Positions 1 through 9,100 of a DNA stretch of 64,000 nucleotides are shown piece after piece; position 1 is the first letter of the stretch; every line of letters begins with the position of its first letter. The notes beneath the pieces are model-generated. The model saw only the letters and a list, made by a program, of their open reading frames with translations, was not told the origin of the DNA and did no database searches. The translations under genes were made by a program, and so were the position numbers. The stretch comes from an uncultured Anaerolineales bacterium (GTDB lineage Bacteria > Chloroflexota > Anaerolineae > B4-G1), in contig CAZNRX010000001.1 in the NCBI GenBank assembly GCA_964575455.1, positions 112,527-176,526 of the forward strand, in the 5' to 3' direction.

Positions 1-42
1 GTTATGGTCGTTCTGATCGCCTGTGTGCTGTAGTGTGGGACG

Positions 43-981
43 TCAACTGCGCTGCGGGCCCGACTGTCTCTTGCGGCGTCGTGAGAGCATCAGCACGCCA
101 GCCACGACCAGCACAGCCCCGATGGCCTGGTCGATTGTCATGCGCTCGCCCAGCAGCACGTAGGCGTAGACCGCCACGATGGGGATTTCGGCCATGGCCA
201 GGATGGTGGCGACGCTGGCCTGCAGGCGACCCAGCGCGAAGGTGTAGATGGTGAAGCCGCCGATCGTGGAGATGATGATCAGCCCGACGAAGTGGAGCAG
301 CGTGTAGGGGGGAGTGCCTAGGGGCTGCGGTGTGAAGAACTGGATCGGCAGCAGCACCAGCGCCCCGAAGCCGAAGCCGTAGGTCAGCGTGGTGAACGGG
401 TTGTAGCCGTCCCGCACCTTCTTGATGAACAGGTTCCATCCGGCGTAGGTGACCGGCGTGCCCAGGCCCACCATGAAGCCGAACAGCGTCAGGTCTGCCT
501 CTCCCAGTACGTTCACGCCGGAGACCAGCACCGTGCCCACGAACGTCAGCGCGATGGCCAGGATTTTCCGGCCGGTCAGCGGCTCCCCCCAGATCAGCCA
601 GGCGACGATGGCCACGATGGCCGGCATGGCCGCCTGCTGCACCGTCGCCACCGCGGCCCCGTTGAGGAACACGGCCAGGTTCCAGAAGATGTGGAAAACC
701 CCGATGCTGGCCCCCAGCCCCACCAGCCAGAGCAGATCGTCTCGCTTCACCTTTAACCATCTCGGCCGCAGAACCCGCAGCCCGATCAGCAAGACCAGAA
801 ACGTCGATAGATCGCGCCAGAAGGCCAACGCCAGGGCGGAGACCTCTTGATTGGCCAGGATCAGTTTCACGAACAGCGCCGAGGTCCCCCAGCACGCTGT
901 GGCGATTAGCACGGCCAGCGAGCCGAGCAGATCCGGGCTTTCCAGTGCTTTCTCATCGTACGTTGTGGTCGACTGTGACAT
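43..981 (-). CDS. EamA/DMT-family (drug/metabolite exporter) membrane transporter, ~10 TM. Start chosen at MSQSTTTYD with a GGAGGAAAAG RBS; the longer ORF runs to 1020.
   Basis: Two EamA-like hydrophobic halves. Divergent from the MocR regulator, the classic MocR/target arrangement. The strong RBS is the reverse complement of 991-1000. Confidence 0.8.
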   Translation of the reverse strand: MSQSTTTYDEKALESPDLLGSLAVLIATACWGTSALFVKLILANQEVSALALAFWRDLSTFLVLLIGLRVLRPRWLKVKRDDLLWLVGLGASIGVFHIFWNLAVFLNGAAVATVQQAAMPAIVAIVAWLIWGEPLTGRKILAIALTFVGTVLVSGVNVLGEADLTLFGFMVGLGTPVTYAGWNLFIKKVRDGYNPFTTLTYGFGFGALVLLPIQFFTPQPLGTPPYTLLHFVGLIIISTIGGFTIYTFALGRLQASVATILAMAEIPIVAVYAYVLLGERMTIDQAIGAVLVVAGVLMLSRRRKRQSGPQRS

Positions 982-1307
982 GGTCCGCTTTTCCTCCGTT
1001 GATCTGAGATGACTCTCCAAATCTCTTCGACTTCACGACTCTCAATTATACAGGGGATCGTCGCGGAATAACAGGGACAGAACGGAGCATGCGTGACCAT
1101 AACAGTTTGTCGAAGAAAGCTACCAAGCTTCCGGTAGGGCTTTCAGGCCTCCCTATTCTCAAGGTGACCGGCACTTGGGAGCCTCGCCTCAATGCCCAAG
1201 CTGGCTTCAAACTGCGTCTGCGTCGGGCCTTCGATATCTCGGCGGAAGTGCCGGTCACCTCACGGGAAGGTTTGTTGTGGTTGCTGCTGGGTGCTATAAT
1301 AGACTGT

Positions 1308-2807
1308 ATGGGTGAGCCCAAGCGGTACAAGTACGAGCGCATAGCGGACGACATTGATCACCTTATCGCGTGCGGCGCGTTCAAGCCTGGCGATCGCATC
1401 CCCTCCGTGCGGGAGATGAGCCGCCAGCGAGATGTCAGCATCTCCACCGTCCTCAAGGCCTACTACCTGCTGGAGGCGCGCGGCCTCATCCTGGCGCAGC
1501 CACGCTCGGGGTTCTACGTGCGCAGCGACCTGCCCAGCGACCTTCCGGAACCGGAGATATCGTCGCCGGGGCCCGACCCCACCCAGGTCAGCATGCGGGA
1601 GCTGATCTCCATGGTCGTTCACGCCGAGACCCTTCAGCCTGACCTGATTCAGCTTGGCGCCGCGCACCCCAACCCCTCGCTGGCGGCCACGGAGGAGCTC
1701 AACCGGATGCTGACCTCCGTCGCGCGCCGCATGGGCGACGCCGGCGGCCTCTATGACTACCCGCCGGGGTGCGGGCGGCTGCGCATGCAGATCGCACGTC
1801 GGTATCTGGTCAGCGGATGCAGCCTCTCGCCAGACGATATGATCATCACTTCCGGCTGCTCGGAGTCGGTTAACCTCTGCTTGCGGGCGGTCTGCGAGCC
1901 TGGGGACGTGGTGGCCATCGAGTCGCCCATCTGCTTCGACGCCCTTCAGACGCTGGAGGCCATCGGGCTGCAAGCGCTGGAGATCCCGACCCATCCGCGT
2001 GACGGCATTAGCCTGGATGCGCTCCGCTTCGCCATCGAGCACAACGACGTGAGCGCCTGTATGGTGATTTCCAACTTCAACAACCCGCTGGGCAGCTGCA
2101 TCCCGGATGAGAACAAGCGGGCGCTGGTCGAGCTGCTGACCGAGCACGGCATCCCGCTGATCGAGAACGACATCTTTGGCGAGCTCTACTTCGGCGACTC
2201 GCGTCCCTCGGTGGCGAAGGCGTACGATCGCGAGGGGTTAGTGATGCTCTGCTCTTCCTTCTCCAAGAGCCTCTGCCCGGCTTACCGGGTGGGCTGGGTG
2301 GTGCCCGGACGCTATTACGAGACGGTCGAGTGGCTGAAGTACACCTCCAGTCTGGCCGCCCCTACGCTGTCGGAGCACGCCATCGCCGAGTTCACGGCCA
2401 GCGGCGGCTATGATCCCTACCTCCGACGCGTCCGGCGCGCCTACGAGCGCCGCGTGGCGGCGATGTCGCAGGCGGTGCGGCGCTTCTTCCCGGAGGGTGG
2501 GTCGACGCAGTCACCCAGGTCGACGCAGTCATCCGGATCGACACAGTCATCCGGATCCACACAGTCATCGACGAAGATCACTCGGCCCGCGGGTGGCTTC
2601 GTGCTCTGGGTGGAGCTGCCGGCGTCGGTTGACTCGCTGGTGTTGTACAAGCGGGCCTTGGAGGCCGGGATCGCCATCACGCCCGGCTACCTCTTCTCCG
2701 CTACGGATCAGTACCGAAACTTCATCCGCCTCAACGCAGCCAACTGGTCCGACGAGGCCGAAGCGGCCATCAAGCGCCTGGGGTATCACGTCACTAGAAT
2801 GGCTTGA
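1308..2807 (+). CDS. MocR/GabR-family transcriptional regulator: GntR-type wHTH fused to a PLP-dependent aminotransferase-like domain.
   Basis: N-terminal 'IPSVREMSRQRDVSISTVLKAYYLLEARGLI' HTH motif followed by an aminotransferase class I/II fold-type domain ('SFSKSLCPAYRVGW'). The ATG at 1308 sits 8 nt after TATAAT (1295-1300), suggesting a leaderless start. The listed ORF begins at 1089, but that upstream part looks like non-coding leader. Confidence 0.85.
   Translation: MGEPKRYKYERIADDIDHLIACGAFKPGDRIPSVREMSRQRDVSISTVLKAYYLLEARGLILAQPRSGFYVRSDLPSDLPEPEISSPGPDPTQVSMRELISMVVHAETLQPDLIQLGAAHPNPSLAATEELNRMLTSVARRMGDAGGLYDYPPGCGRLRMQIARRYLVSGCSLSPDDMIITSGCSESVNLCLRAVCEPGDVVAIESPICFDALQTLEAIGLQALEIPTHPRDGISLDALRFAIEHNDVSACMVISNFNNPLGSCIPDENKRALVELLTEHGIPLIENDIFGELYFGDSRPSVAKAYDREGLVMLCSSFSKSLCPAYRVGWVVPGRYYETVEWLKYTSSLAAPTLSEHAIAEFTASGGYDPYLRRVRRAYERRVAAMSQAVRRFFPEGGSTQSPRSTQSSGSTQSSGSTQSSTKITRPAGGFVLWVELPASVDSLVLYKRALEAGIAITPGYLFSATDQYRNFIRLNAANWSDEAEAAIKRLGYHVTRMA
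2502..2573 (+). repeat. In-frame 18-bp x4 tandem repeat (tcgacgcagtcaYccRgR) inside the MocR CDS, encoding STQSPRSTQSSGSTQSSGSTQSS.
   Basis: Four near-identical 18-nt units are visible directly. They fall in a loop just before the conserved 'PAGGFVLWVELP' segment. Confidence 0.9.
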
Positions 2808-2863
2808 GCCACCAGGCGACCTTGGTGACCAAAGAGATCGTATCCCTCAACAGATCGCTGCGC

Positions 2864-3706
2864 TCATCCCGCCTTCCGGAAAACCATCACATACTCGTGC
2901 TTGAAGATGTAGAACCCCCCTCGCAGCGCCCGGTAGCGCCACAGGTTACTGTCCCGCCCTTTGCCCCGCTCGTTCCCCTCGATATTCTTCACGATGATGG
3001 CCTTTGTGCGGAAACCGACGCGCTGCATGCGCTCCATACAGTAGAAACCTAGGGGGATCAACTCACCCTGCGTGTACTTGTCGCCGATGACCAGCGCCGC
3101 GAAGCGCCCCGGCTCCAGCAGCGCGAAACCGTGGCGCGCGGCGACCTCGAACGTGTCCAGGAAGCTGTCCAGGTCGTCGGCGTTGGAGAGGTCGTCCGGG
3201 TGCTCCGAGAACTGGATGATGTCGTGGTAGGGCGGGTGGAGGACCAGGAGCTGGGCATGTTCGGCTGCCATGGCGTCCAGTGTCGCGCGCACGCGGTCCG
3301 CCGTCTCCTCGCTTGTTGCGTCCCCCTGCAGTACCCGGATGCGGTCGCCCAATAGCTCCGGCGAGACCTTCTCGCGCACCGCGTCCACCAGCTCCTCCTT
3401 CAGCTCCACTCCGATCAGACGCCGCCTCTGCCGCTCGGCCTCGATGGCGCTCGTCCCCGATCCCAGGAAAGGATCGAGAACCACGTCGTCCTCTTTTGTG
3501 TAGCGTAGGAACATCTGCGTGGCGATCTGCGGCACGAAGTTGCCGTGGTAATCGAGCTTGTGCCCGCCGCTGCGATCCCGGGCCTCGATCAGCCACAGGC
3601 TGTCGGTCCAGACATGCTCGTACTCCCGCCAGCGGTTGAGGTCGATGTCGGAGTAGGGGGGCGTGGTAGGGGATTCTTCTGATCGTGGTTCGTCCTTTTC
3701 GCTCAC
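2864..3706 (-). CDS. SAM-dependent DNA amino-methyltransferase (N6-adenine/N4-cytosine; PF01555-like). No endonuclease partner is apparent.
   Basis: Motif I 'VLDPFLGSGTSAIEAERQRRRLIGVEL' and motif IV 'LVLHPPYHD'. It is convergent with the MocR gene and followed by an unrelated GH57 gene. Confidence 0.8.
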   Translation of the reverse strand: MSEKDEPRSEESPTTPPYSDIDLNRWREYEHVWTDSLWLIEARDRSGGHKLDYHGNFVPQIATQMFLRYTKEDDVVLDPFLGSGTSAIEAERQRRRLIGVELKEELVDAVREKVSPELLGDRIRVLQGDATSEETADRVRATLDAMAAEHAQLLVLHPPYHDIIQFSEHPDDLSNADDLDSFLDTFEVAARHGFALLEPGRFAALVIGDKYTQGELIPLGFYCMERMQRVGFRTKAIIVKNIEGNERGKGRDSNLWRYRALRGGFYIFKHEYVMVFRKAG

Positions 3707-3946
3707 TGCGTGTCTTCCTCAGTCGGTTGGAGTCTCAGCAGATCCAAGATTGCTCCGAGGGGACTGGCGATCCAGGGCAAGCGAATTGGGTGCACTGAGT
3801 CTCTGTTCTTGACAAGTCGCTCCGTGATGGCACTCCGTCTAGGCCGCTTTGGCCCGGCTGCGTGCCTGACTACGAGCGGGCGGTTACCTGTTCGTAGTGC
3901 GCTACGGAGGGACGGAGTAGCGCCGGGACGGCGACCGGGGGCGCGG

Positions 3947-5386
3947 CTAGGGCTGGGGGCGGCCACACACGGGCGGCCCCGGTCTCGCCTCCAGCTTGGC
4001 CCGGCTGACGATCTCGTCGAAGATGTCGGCGCCCGTCAAATCCGTCTTCTCGCTCCTGGCCACGCTCAGGTTGCGCCGGAACCCGTGCGAGAGGTCCTCG
4101 CCCGTGGCGTAGCGCGTCAGGGCCAGGGCGCGCACCGCGTTGGCAATGGCATAGCGCGGCTCGTAGCGGTCCAGATCGCCGAAGAAGAATGTGCAGCTGA
4201 TGTACATCCTCTGGCGATGGAACTGAGCCTCCAACAGATGGAGCAAGCGCTGCGTCTCCTCGCTGGTCAGATGTCCCAGGCCGTTTCCGTTCAGGAAGGC
4301 ATCCTCGGATACCTTCCCCAGCACCACGTCGATGTAGCGGTCCCGCAAGGGCCAGGGCTTGAACCCCAGCTGATTCGCTTCGCGGGCGTAGATCTGGTCC
4401 AGATCGCAGGCCAGATTGTCCAGGGCCCGTCGGAGCGCGCCCTTCCACCGGCTATTGCCAGGGGTGCAGCCGCAGCCCACAACCCAGCGATCCAGCCCGT
4501 GAGCGCAGCTCCAGGCAGTGTTCTCGATCACCCTGATCTCGGCCTCCGGCGGGTGCTGATTGAGATAGAGCCCCAGCGTGGTCAGCTGGTACCCATGACG
4601 CTCTCCGGCGCCCAGGATGTGGCTTAGCACCTGCGCGCCCTGGCGGTGATGGTGGCCGAACGTCTCGCCGTCGGTGGCGACGATGTGCAGGCCATCCCTC
4701 TGGCAGCGCCACGCCACGTGCTCCTTCAGCCAATCTTCAACGTACGCCGAGTCCGGCATGCCGAAGGAGAGGTGGTTCGATAGATGACGATCGCGCACGA
4801 AGATGGCGATCTCACTGCCGTTGGGCAGCGCCACCCGGTAGGGCCCTCCGCCCGTCTCCAGACTGCCGTACACCTGCTCGTCCGAGAGGATGGTGAAGCG
4901 AATGCCCTCTGCGGTCAGCACCTCCAGCGTCTCGTGGTCCACCGCCATCTCCGGGAGCCACATGCCGTCCGGCCGGTGACCAAAGCGATGCTCGAAGCTG
5001 GCGATCCCCCAGCGCACCTGGCAGATCTTGTCGCGCCGGCGGGCCAGCGGCAGGATCGTGTGGTGGACCGATTGGGCCAGCCCGTTGCCCATACCATGGG
5101 CCCCTCGGTACGCCTGGTCGGCCCCGACGATGCGCTCGTAGGTCTGGTGAGCCTCATCGTCGAGCCAGCGGGCCAGCGTCCCTCCCAGGTTGAAGCTGAT
5201 GCGCTCGAAGTTGCCCGCCCTTGCGTTCGGCTCGTAGCACTCCGCGGTGATGCGCTCGTTCCAGTTGGCGTAGGGAGCGGCGCTGGGCTCCCTGGAGATG
5301 CGGCCGGTGAACGGATCCTCCCGCGGGGGCTGGTAGAAATGGCCGTGAATGCAGAGACGGCAGCGTGCGTTGCTTTGACTATCCAT
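3947..5386 (-). CDS. Glycoside hydrolase family 57 protein (GH57 branching-enzyme/alpha-amylase-like).
   Basis: N-terminal 'CIHGHFYQPPRE' GH57 signature. Start taken at MDSQSNARC; the ORF extends 33 codons upstream without GH57 similarity. Confidence 0.8.
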   Translation of the reverse strand: MDSQSNARCRLCIHGHFYQPPREDPFTGRISREPSAAPYANWNERITAECYEPNARAGNFERISFNLGGTLARWLDDEAHQTYERIVGADQAYRGAHGMGNGLAQSVHHTILPLARRRDKICQVRWGIASFEHRFGHRPDGMWLPEMAVDHETLEVLTAEGIRFTILSDEQVYGSLETGGGPYRVALPNGSEIAIFVRDRHLSNHLSFGMPDSAYVEDWLKEHVAWRCQRDGLHIVATDGETFGHHHRQGAQVLSHILGAGERHGYQLTTLGLYLNQHPPEAEIRVIENTAWSCAHGLDRWVVGCGCTPGNSRWKGALRRALDNLACDLDQIYAREANQLGFKPWPLRDRYIDVVLGKVSEDAFLNGNGLGHLTSEETQRLLHLLEAQFHRQRMYISCTFFFGDLDRYEPRYAIANAVRALALTRYATGEDLSHGFRRNLSVARSEKTDLTGADIFDEIVSRAKLEARPGPPVCGRPQP

Positions 5387-5560
5387 AGCGTTGTCTTTTC
5401 GTGCTCCTGGCGCGGCTTCAACCGCGATCATTGACGCTCTATTGTAACACCGCAGCTCCACAGCAGCAACGTGCCGCAGGCACAAAGGACTTTGCGGTTC
5501 TTGGCGGCCGGAGGACGGTGCGGATCCGGATGGTCCCGTCCCGTGAGGGCGACGCGCGGG

Positions 5561-6031
5561 CTACTCGATCGTCTTCAGATCATCCAGCAACCAAGATTGC
5601 GCATCTTCGTCCGGGACGGTCTCTGCTATGCGGTGGGCTTCGTCAAGGTACGAGGCCATCGTCTGGCACTCACCCGCCACGAGCTCAGCTCTGGCCAGCG
5701 CCTCGTATGCGTAGGCCAGGTAAAAGGGCGGCATGTCGTCATCTTGGCTGGCCTCCAAGCATAGGTGGGCGTATCGTCTGGCGTTCTCGGCCTGGCCGAG
5801 CACGGCATAGATCCTCGACGTTTGCCAGTATGCGGCTGAGATGTTGGCCGGCGCGCAGTCCTCGCGCTGCGTCCAATGCCAGTGCGAGGCCAGACTCAGG
5901 CGGATCATCTGCTCGTCATCTTCGGCCGTCCGGTCAGGCTTGTCCAGCAGCTCCCACGCTTCGTTGAAGCAGTGGGCGGAGAAATACCTGTGTGCAGCGT
6001 TCAGGTCGAAGGTGGGCTTTGCCATGGTCAT
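5561..6031 (-). CDS. Hypothetical protein (156 aa), acidic, no recognised domain.
   Basis: Clean ORF with protein-like composition between glucan genes; no motif recognised. Confidence 0.45.
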   Translation of the reverse strand: MTMAKPTFDLNAAHRYFSAHCFNEAWELLDKPDRTAEDDEQMIRLSLASHWHWTQREDCAPANISAAYWQTSRIYAVLGQAENARRYAHLCLEASQDDDMPPFYLAYAYEALARAELVAGECQTMASYLDEAHRIAETVPDEDAQSWLLDDLKTIE

Positions 6032-6156
6032 CTCCTTTGCTTGTGGTCCCGCGGCGGGGCGGGCAATTGCCGGTGTACTGGTCCCAGCGAACCGGGCAAC
6101 TGACGTTCCCTTTGAGGCGCGGTCTCGCTGGCGGTTACTGCCTCACGGGGGTGCGC

Positions 6157-9100
6157 TCAGGTCGCGGCAGCTTCCAGCAATCTCTCCACTCGGTACTCGG
6201 ATGCTGCCTCGGCTGCCTGTAGCGCCTCGATCACCTCGTAGCAGCTCGTGATTCTCTCGGCCGACGCCCGCTCCGGATCTGCGGCGATCGCCACCGTGGC
6301 GACCACCATCATCCACCACAGCAACTGCTCGAATGCCTCCTCATTGAACCAGAGCACGTCCTGGTACCGGTTGACCTGGAGGAAGCGCTGCACCTCGTCG
6401 TCCTCCAGCCATGAGCGAAGCACCTGGAAGGGCCGGTTCTTGGAGCCCTCACCTAGCTCGAACCAGCGCTGGTGCGTGGTCAGCACCTTGATGGTCGTCA
6501 CGGCCCACCAGGACGATCTCTCGTCGAGGCCCAGGTCCTGGATGGCGCCCGCCGTGATCTTGCCCAGGAGCCATTCGTCCTGCCAGCTGCGGCTGATCCC
6601 CGCAAAAGCCCTCGGTGACTGCGTCGCTCCCGCCTCCATCCTGCCCAGCGCGTGGCTGAAAAGCCAGCCCAGCAGCGTGGACCAGGCCCGGGGATCGTCG
6701 TCTAGGCCCACCTCCGGCACCTCCGTTGGTCCGTCCTGGATGTACTCGGCCACGTGGTCCGGCACCGACAGGCGGCTGCCTATGGTGGGCAGATCCCAAA
6801 CCACCTCCAGCTCCCGGCGTATCTGCCGGGCCAGCGACTCCTCATCGTCACCGCCGTCGGCCCGCGACTTGATCTCTTGGAGAAGCCGGAGCGTTTGTGC
6901 CTCCACCTCGTCTGCCAGCTCCTCACGTCCCTCTGCTCCTCTGCCCCTCTGCTCCCCCGCTCCTCCGCTCTCCTGCTTCCTGGCCTCCATCAGCCTCCGG
7001 AACGTCTCGGCGTTAACCAGCTCCCGAAACGGCCCATGCACCGGCTGGAGGAGCACCTCCTTGAGCGCTTCGTCGATGCTGGGGACCCCGCGTCCGTCGA
7101 GGTAGGCGGTCAGCTGGCCGTAGGGGCGCTCCACTGAGTCGCGGACCTGGCGGAAGTCGAGGAAGACGTGGTATTTGTAGGCGCTTAGCTCGGCGTACAG
7201 CCCTTTCCCGTGCAGGTCCTCGTTGCTGCGGATGTACTCAAGCCCGTTGACGTGATCCCGGAAGATGGTGTAGGTCTTAGACCCATTCTCGTCGTCGCGC
7301 AGATCCAACCCCTCGCCCAGCGATCGCTGAACCAGCTGTTTCTCGTCCTCCCCGGTCTTAGCCGCTTCGCTTCCACGGACCGCGTAGGCGACCGACGTGC
7401 GCACCCAGCCCCGCGTCTCGGCGTACCGGTTGTGGTAGAGCACCAGAGCCCGCTCGTCGCCCACGTGGTTGGAGTAGGCGAAGACGTCCTCGTTCACGTG
7501 GCCGTCGGGCGTGAAGAAGTCGTAGAGCAGAAAGTTCTCGACGTCGGCGAAGAGATACCGCTTGTGGAGCAGCGGGAAGATCTCCCGCTCGTGGCGCTCC
7601 ACCAGGTAGGTGTCCGGGGTCTCGTCCCAGTAGGCGCGGCGGTACTCCATGCCGTACTTCTCCGTGTACCCCTCAACCTGGCCATGGCCGAACATGGGCA
7701 GGCCTGGCACGGTGGCCAGCATGGTGCAGATGCCGAAGTACTTGTCGCCCTTGCCGAACTGATCCACGGCCGTGCGCTCGTCGGGGTTGTTCATGAAGTT
7801 GACGTAGCGCTTCATGATGCGCGGATCGAACGCCAGGGTGTTCTTCATCACGCTGCGGTACTTGGCGTTATCCTCGTCGCGCAGCATGTTCATGAAGGCG
7901 CTGTTATAGACGCGGTGCATGCCCAGCGTGCGCACGAAGTAGCCCTCCATCAGCCAGAACGCCTCGGCCAGCAGCAGCGTGTCCGGCACCTCCTCCGCCA
8001 CCCGGTCCACCACCTGGCGCCAGAACTCCTCCGGCATGAGCTCGTCCAGCTGCTGCCTGGTCATCCCGTGCTCCGCTCGCGAGGGGATGTCGCCGCCGGA
8101 ACCAGGCTCCGGGAACCAGAGCCTCTGGTAGTGCTTCTTCGCCAGCGTCATGGCCGCGTCGAAGCGGATGATAGGGAACTTGTGCGCCACGTGGAGGATC
8201 ATCTGAATCACGGCCTCGCGCACCTCCTCCTTCAGGAAGTTGAGCTGCGCCGTGTCGTTCCACGGCATGCTGGTGCCGTCGTTGCCGTGGTAGATGTACC
8301 GCTCGTCACCGGTCCAGTGGTCCACACGTTTGAAGACCACGGCGGCGTCGCTGCGGTCGTAGTAGCCGTCCTCCAGGTAGATCCCCACGCGATCGTCATT
8401 GCACAGATCCTCGCCGGTGAAGGAGTAGGACGGGAATGGACTGTAGTCCAGCGAGATGAAGCGCTCGGGGTGCTCGATCACCCAGCGGGAGTCGATGCCC
8501 ATGTGGTTGGGCACCATATCGCTGGCCAGCCGGATGCCCCGCCGCCAGGCGCGGTCGCGCAGGCTCTGGTACCCCTCTTCGCCGCCCAGATCGTCCGCCA
8601 CGCGGTAGTCGTCCACGGAGTAGGCGGAGGCCACCGCCTCGGGGTTGCCCATGATCTGCTTGATGCGCTGCGAGGCCGAGCTCCGCTCCCACAAGCCGAT
8701 GAGCCATAGGCTGGTGAAGCCCCGCCGGGCCAGGATGTCCAGCTCCTCGTCCGGTATGTCACCCAAACGGGTGATTGAGCGTTCATACTTCTTCGAAAGC
8801 TGATCGAGCCATACGTAGATGTTCTTGGCCAGCAGCACCACCTTCGGCATCCAGTCCTGGTCGGGGCTGAAGCGCTCATACTCTGCCTCCCTGAACTCAT
8901 AGACCCGGCTCGGACCGGGGCCGAGGAAGGTGGCCTTCTCCTCCTCGGCGATCAGGTCCAGGCTGCTGAGCAGACGATAGAGATACTTGCCCAGGAGCGA
9001 GCCCCAGCGCTCCTGCATGAACGCCAGCTGCCCCGAGAGGGAGTGGGGCGATCTGCGGGCGGGGGCGCTCAACATGTCGATCAGGTTCTCGTGGTCGGGA

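Noticed and set aside
2-895. 297-aa minus-strand ORF, plus many similar long GC-rich ORFs in alternative frames (e.g. 7210-8709, 10319-11377, 12340-13500, 15863-17572, 17873-18883, 20223-21059, 30404-31792, 44894-46552, 46695-47636, 52177-53058).
   Set aside because: All lie antisense or out of frame within well-supported genes. Their products are Arg/Ala/Pro/Gly-rich, as expected for high-GC non-coding frames, and carry no recognisable motifs.
1089-1307. Longer N-terminal extension of the MocR regulator ORF (start at 1089).
   Set aside because: The extension has no HTH similarity, the HTH begins right after the Met at 1308, and a TATAAT sits 7 nt upstream of that Met.
6890-6960. GA-rich low-complexity run (GGAGCAGAGG-like x3) inside the GH13-like gene.
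   Set aside because: It is in-frame, encodes an acidic/Gly linker (ESGGAGEQRGRGAEGRE) and is probably just a flexible inter-domain linker, not a distinct element.
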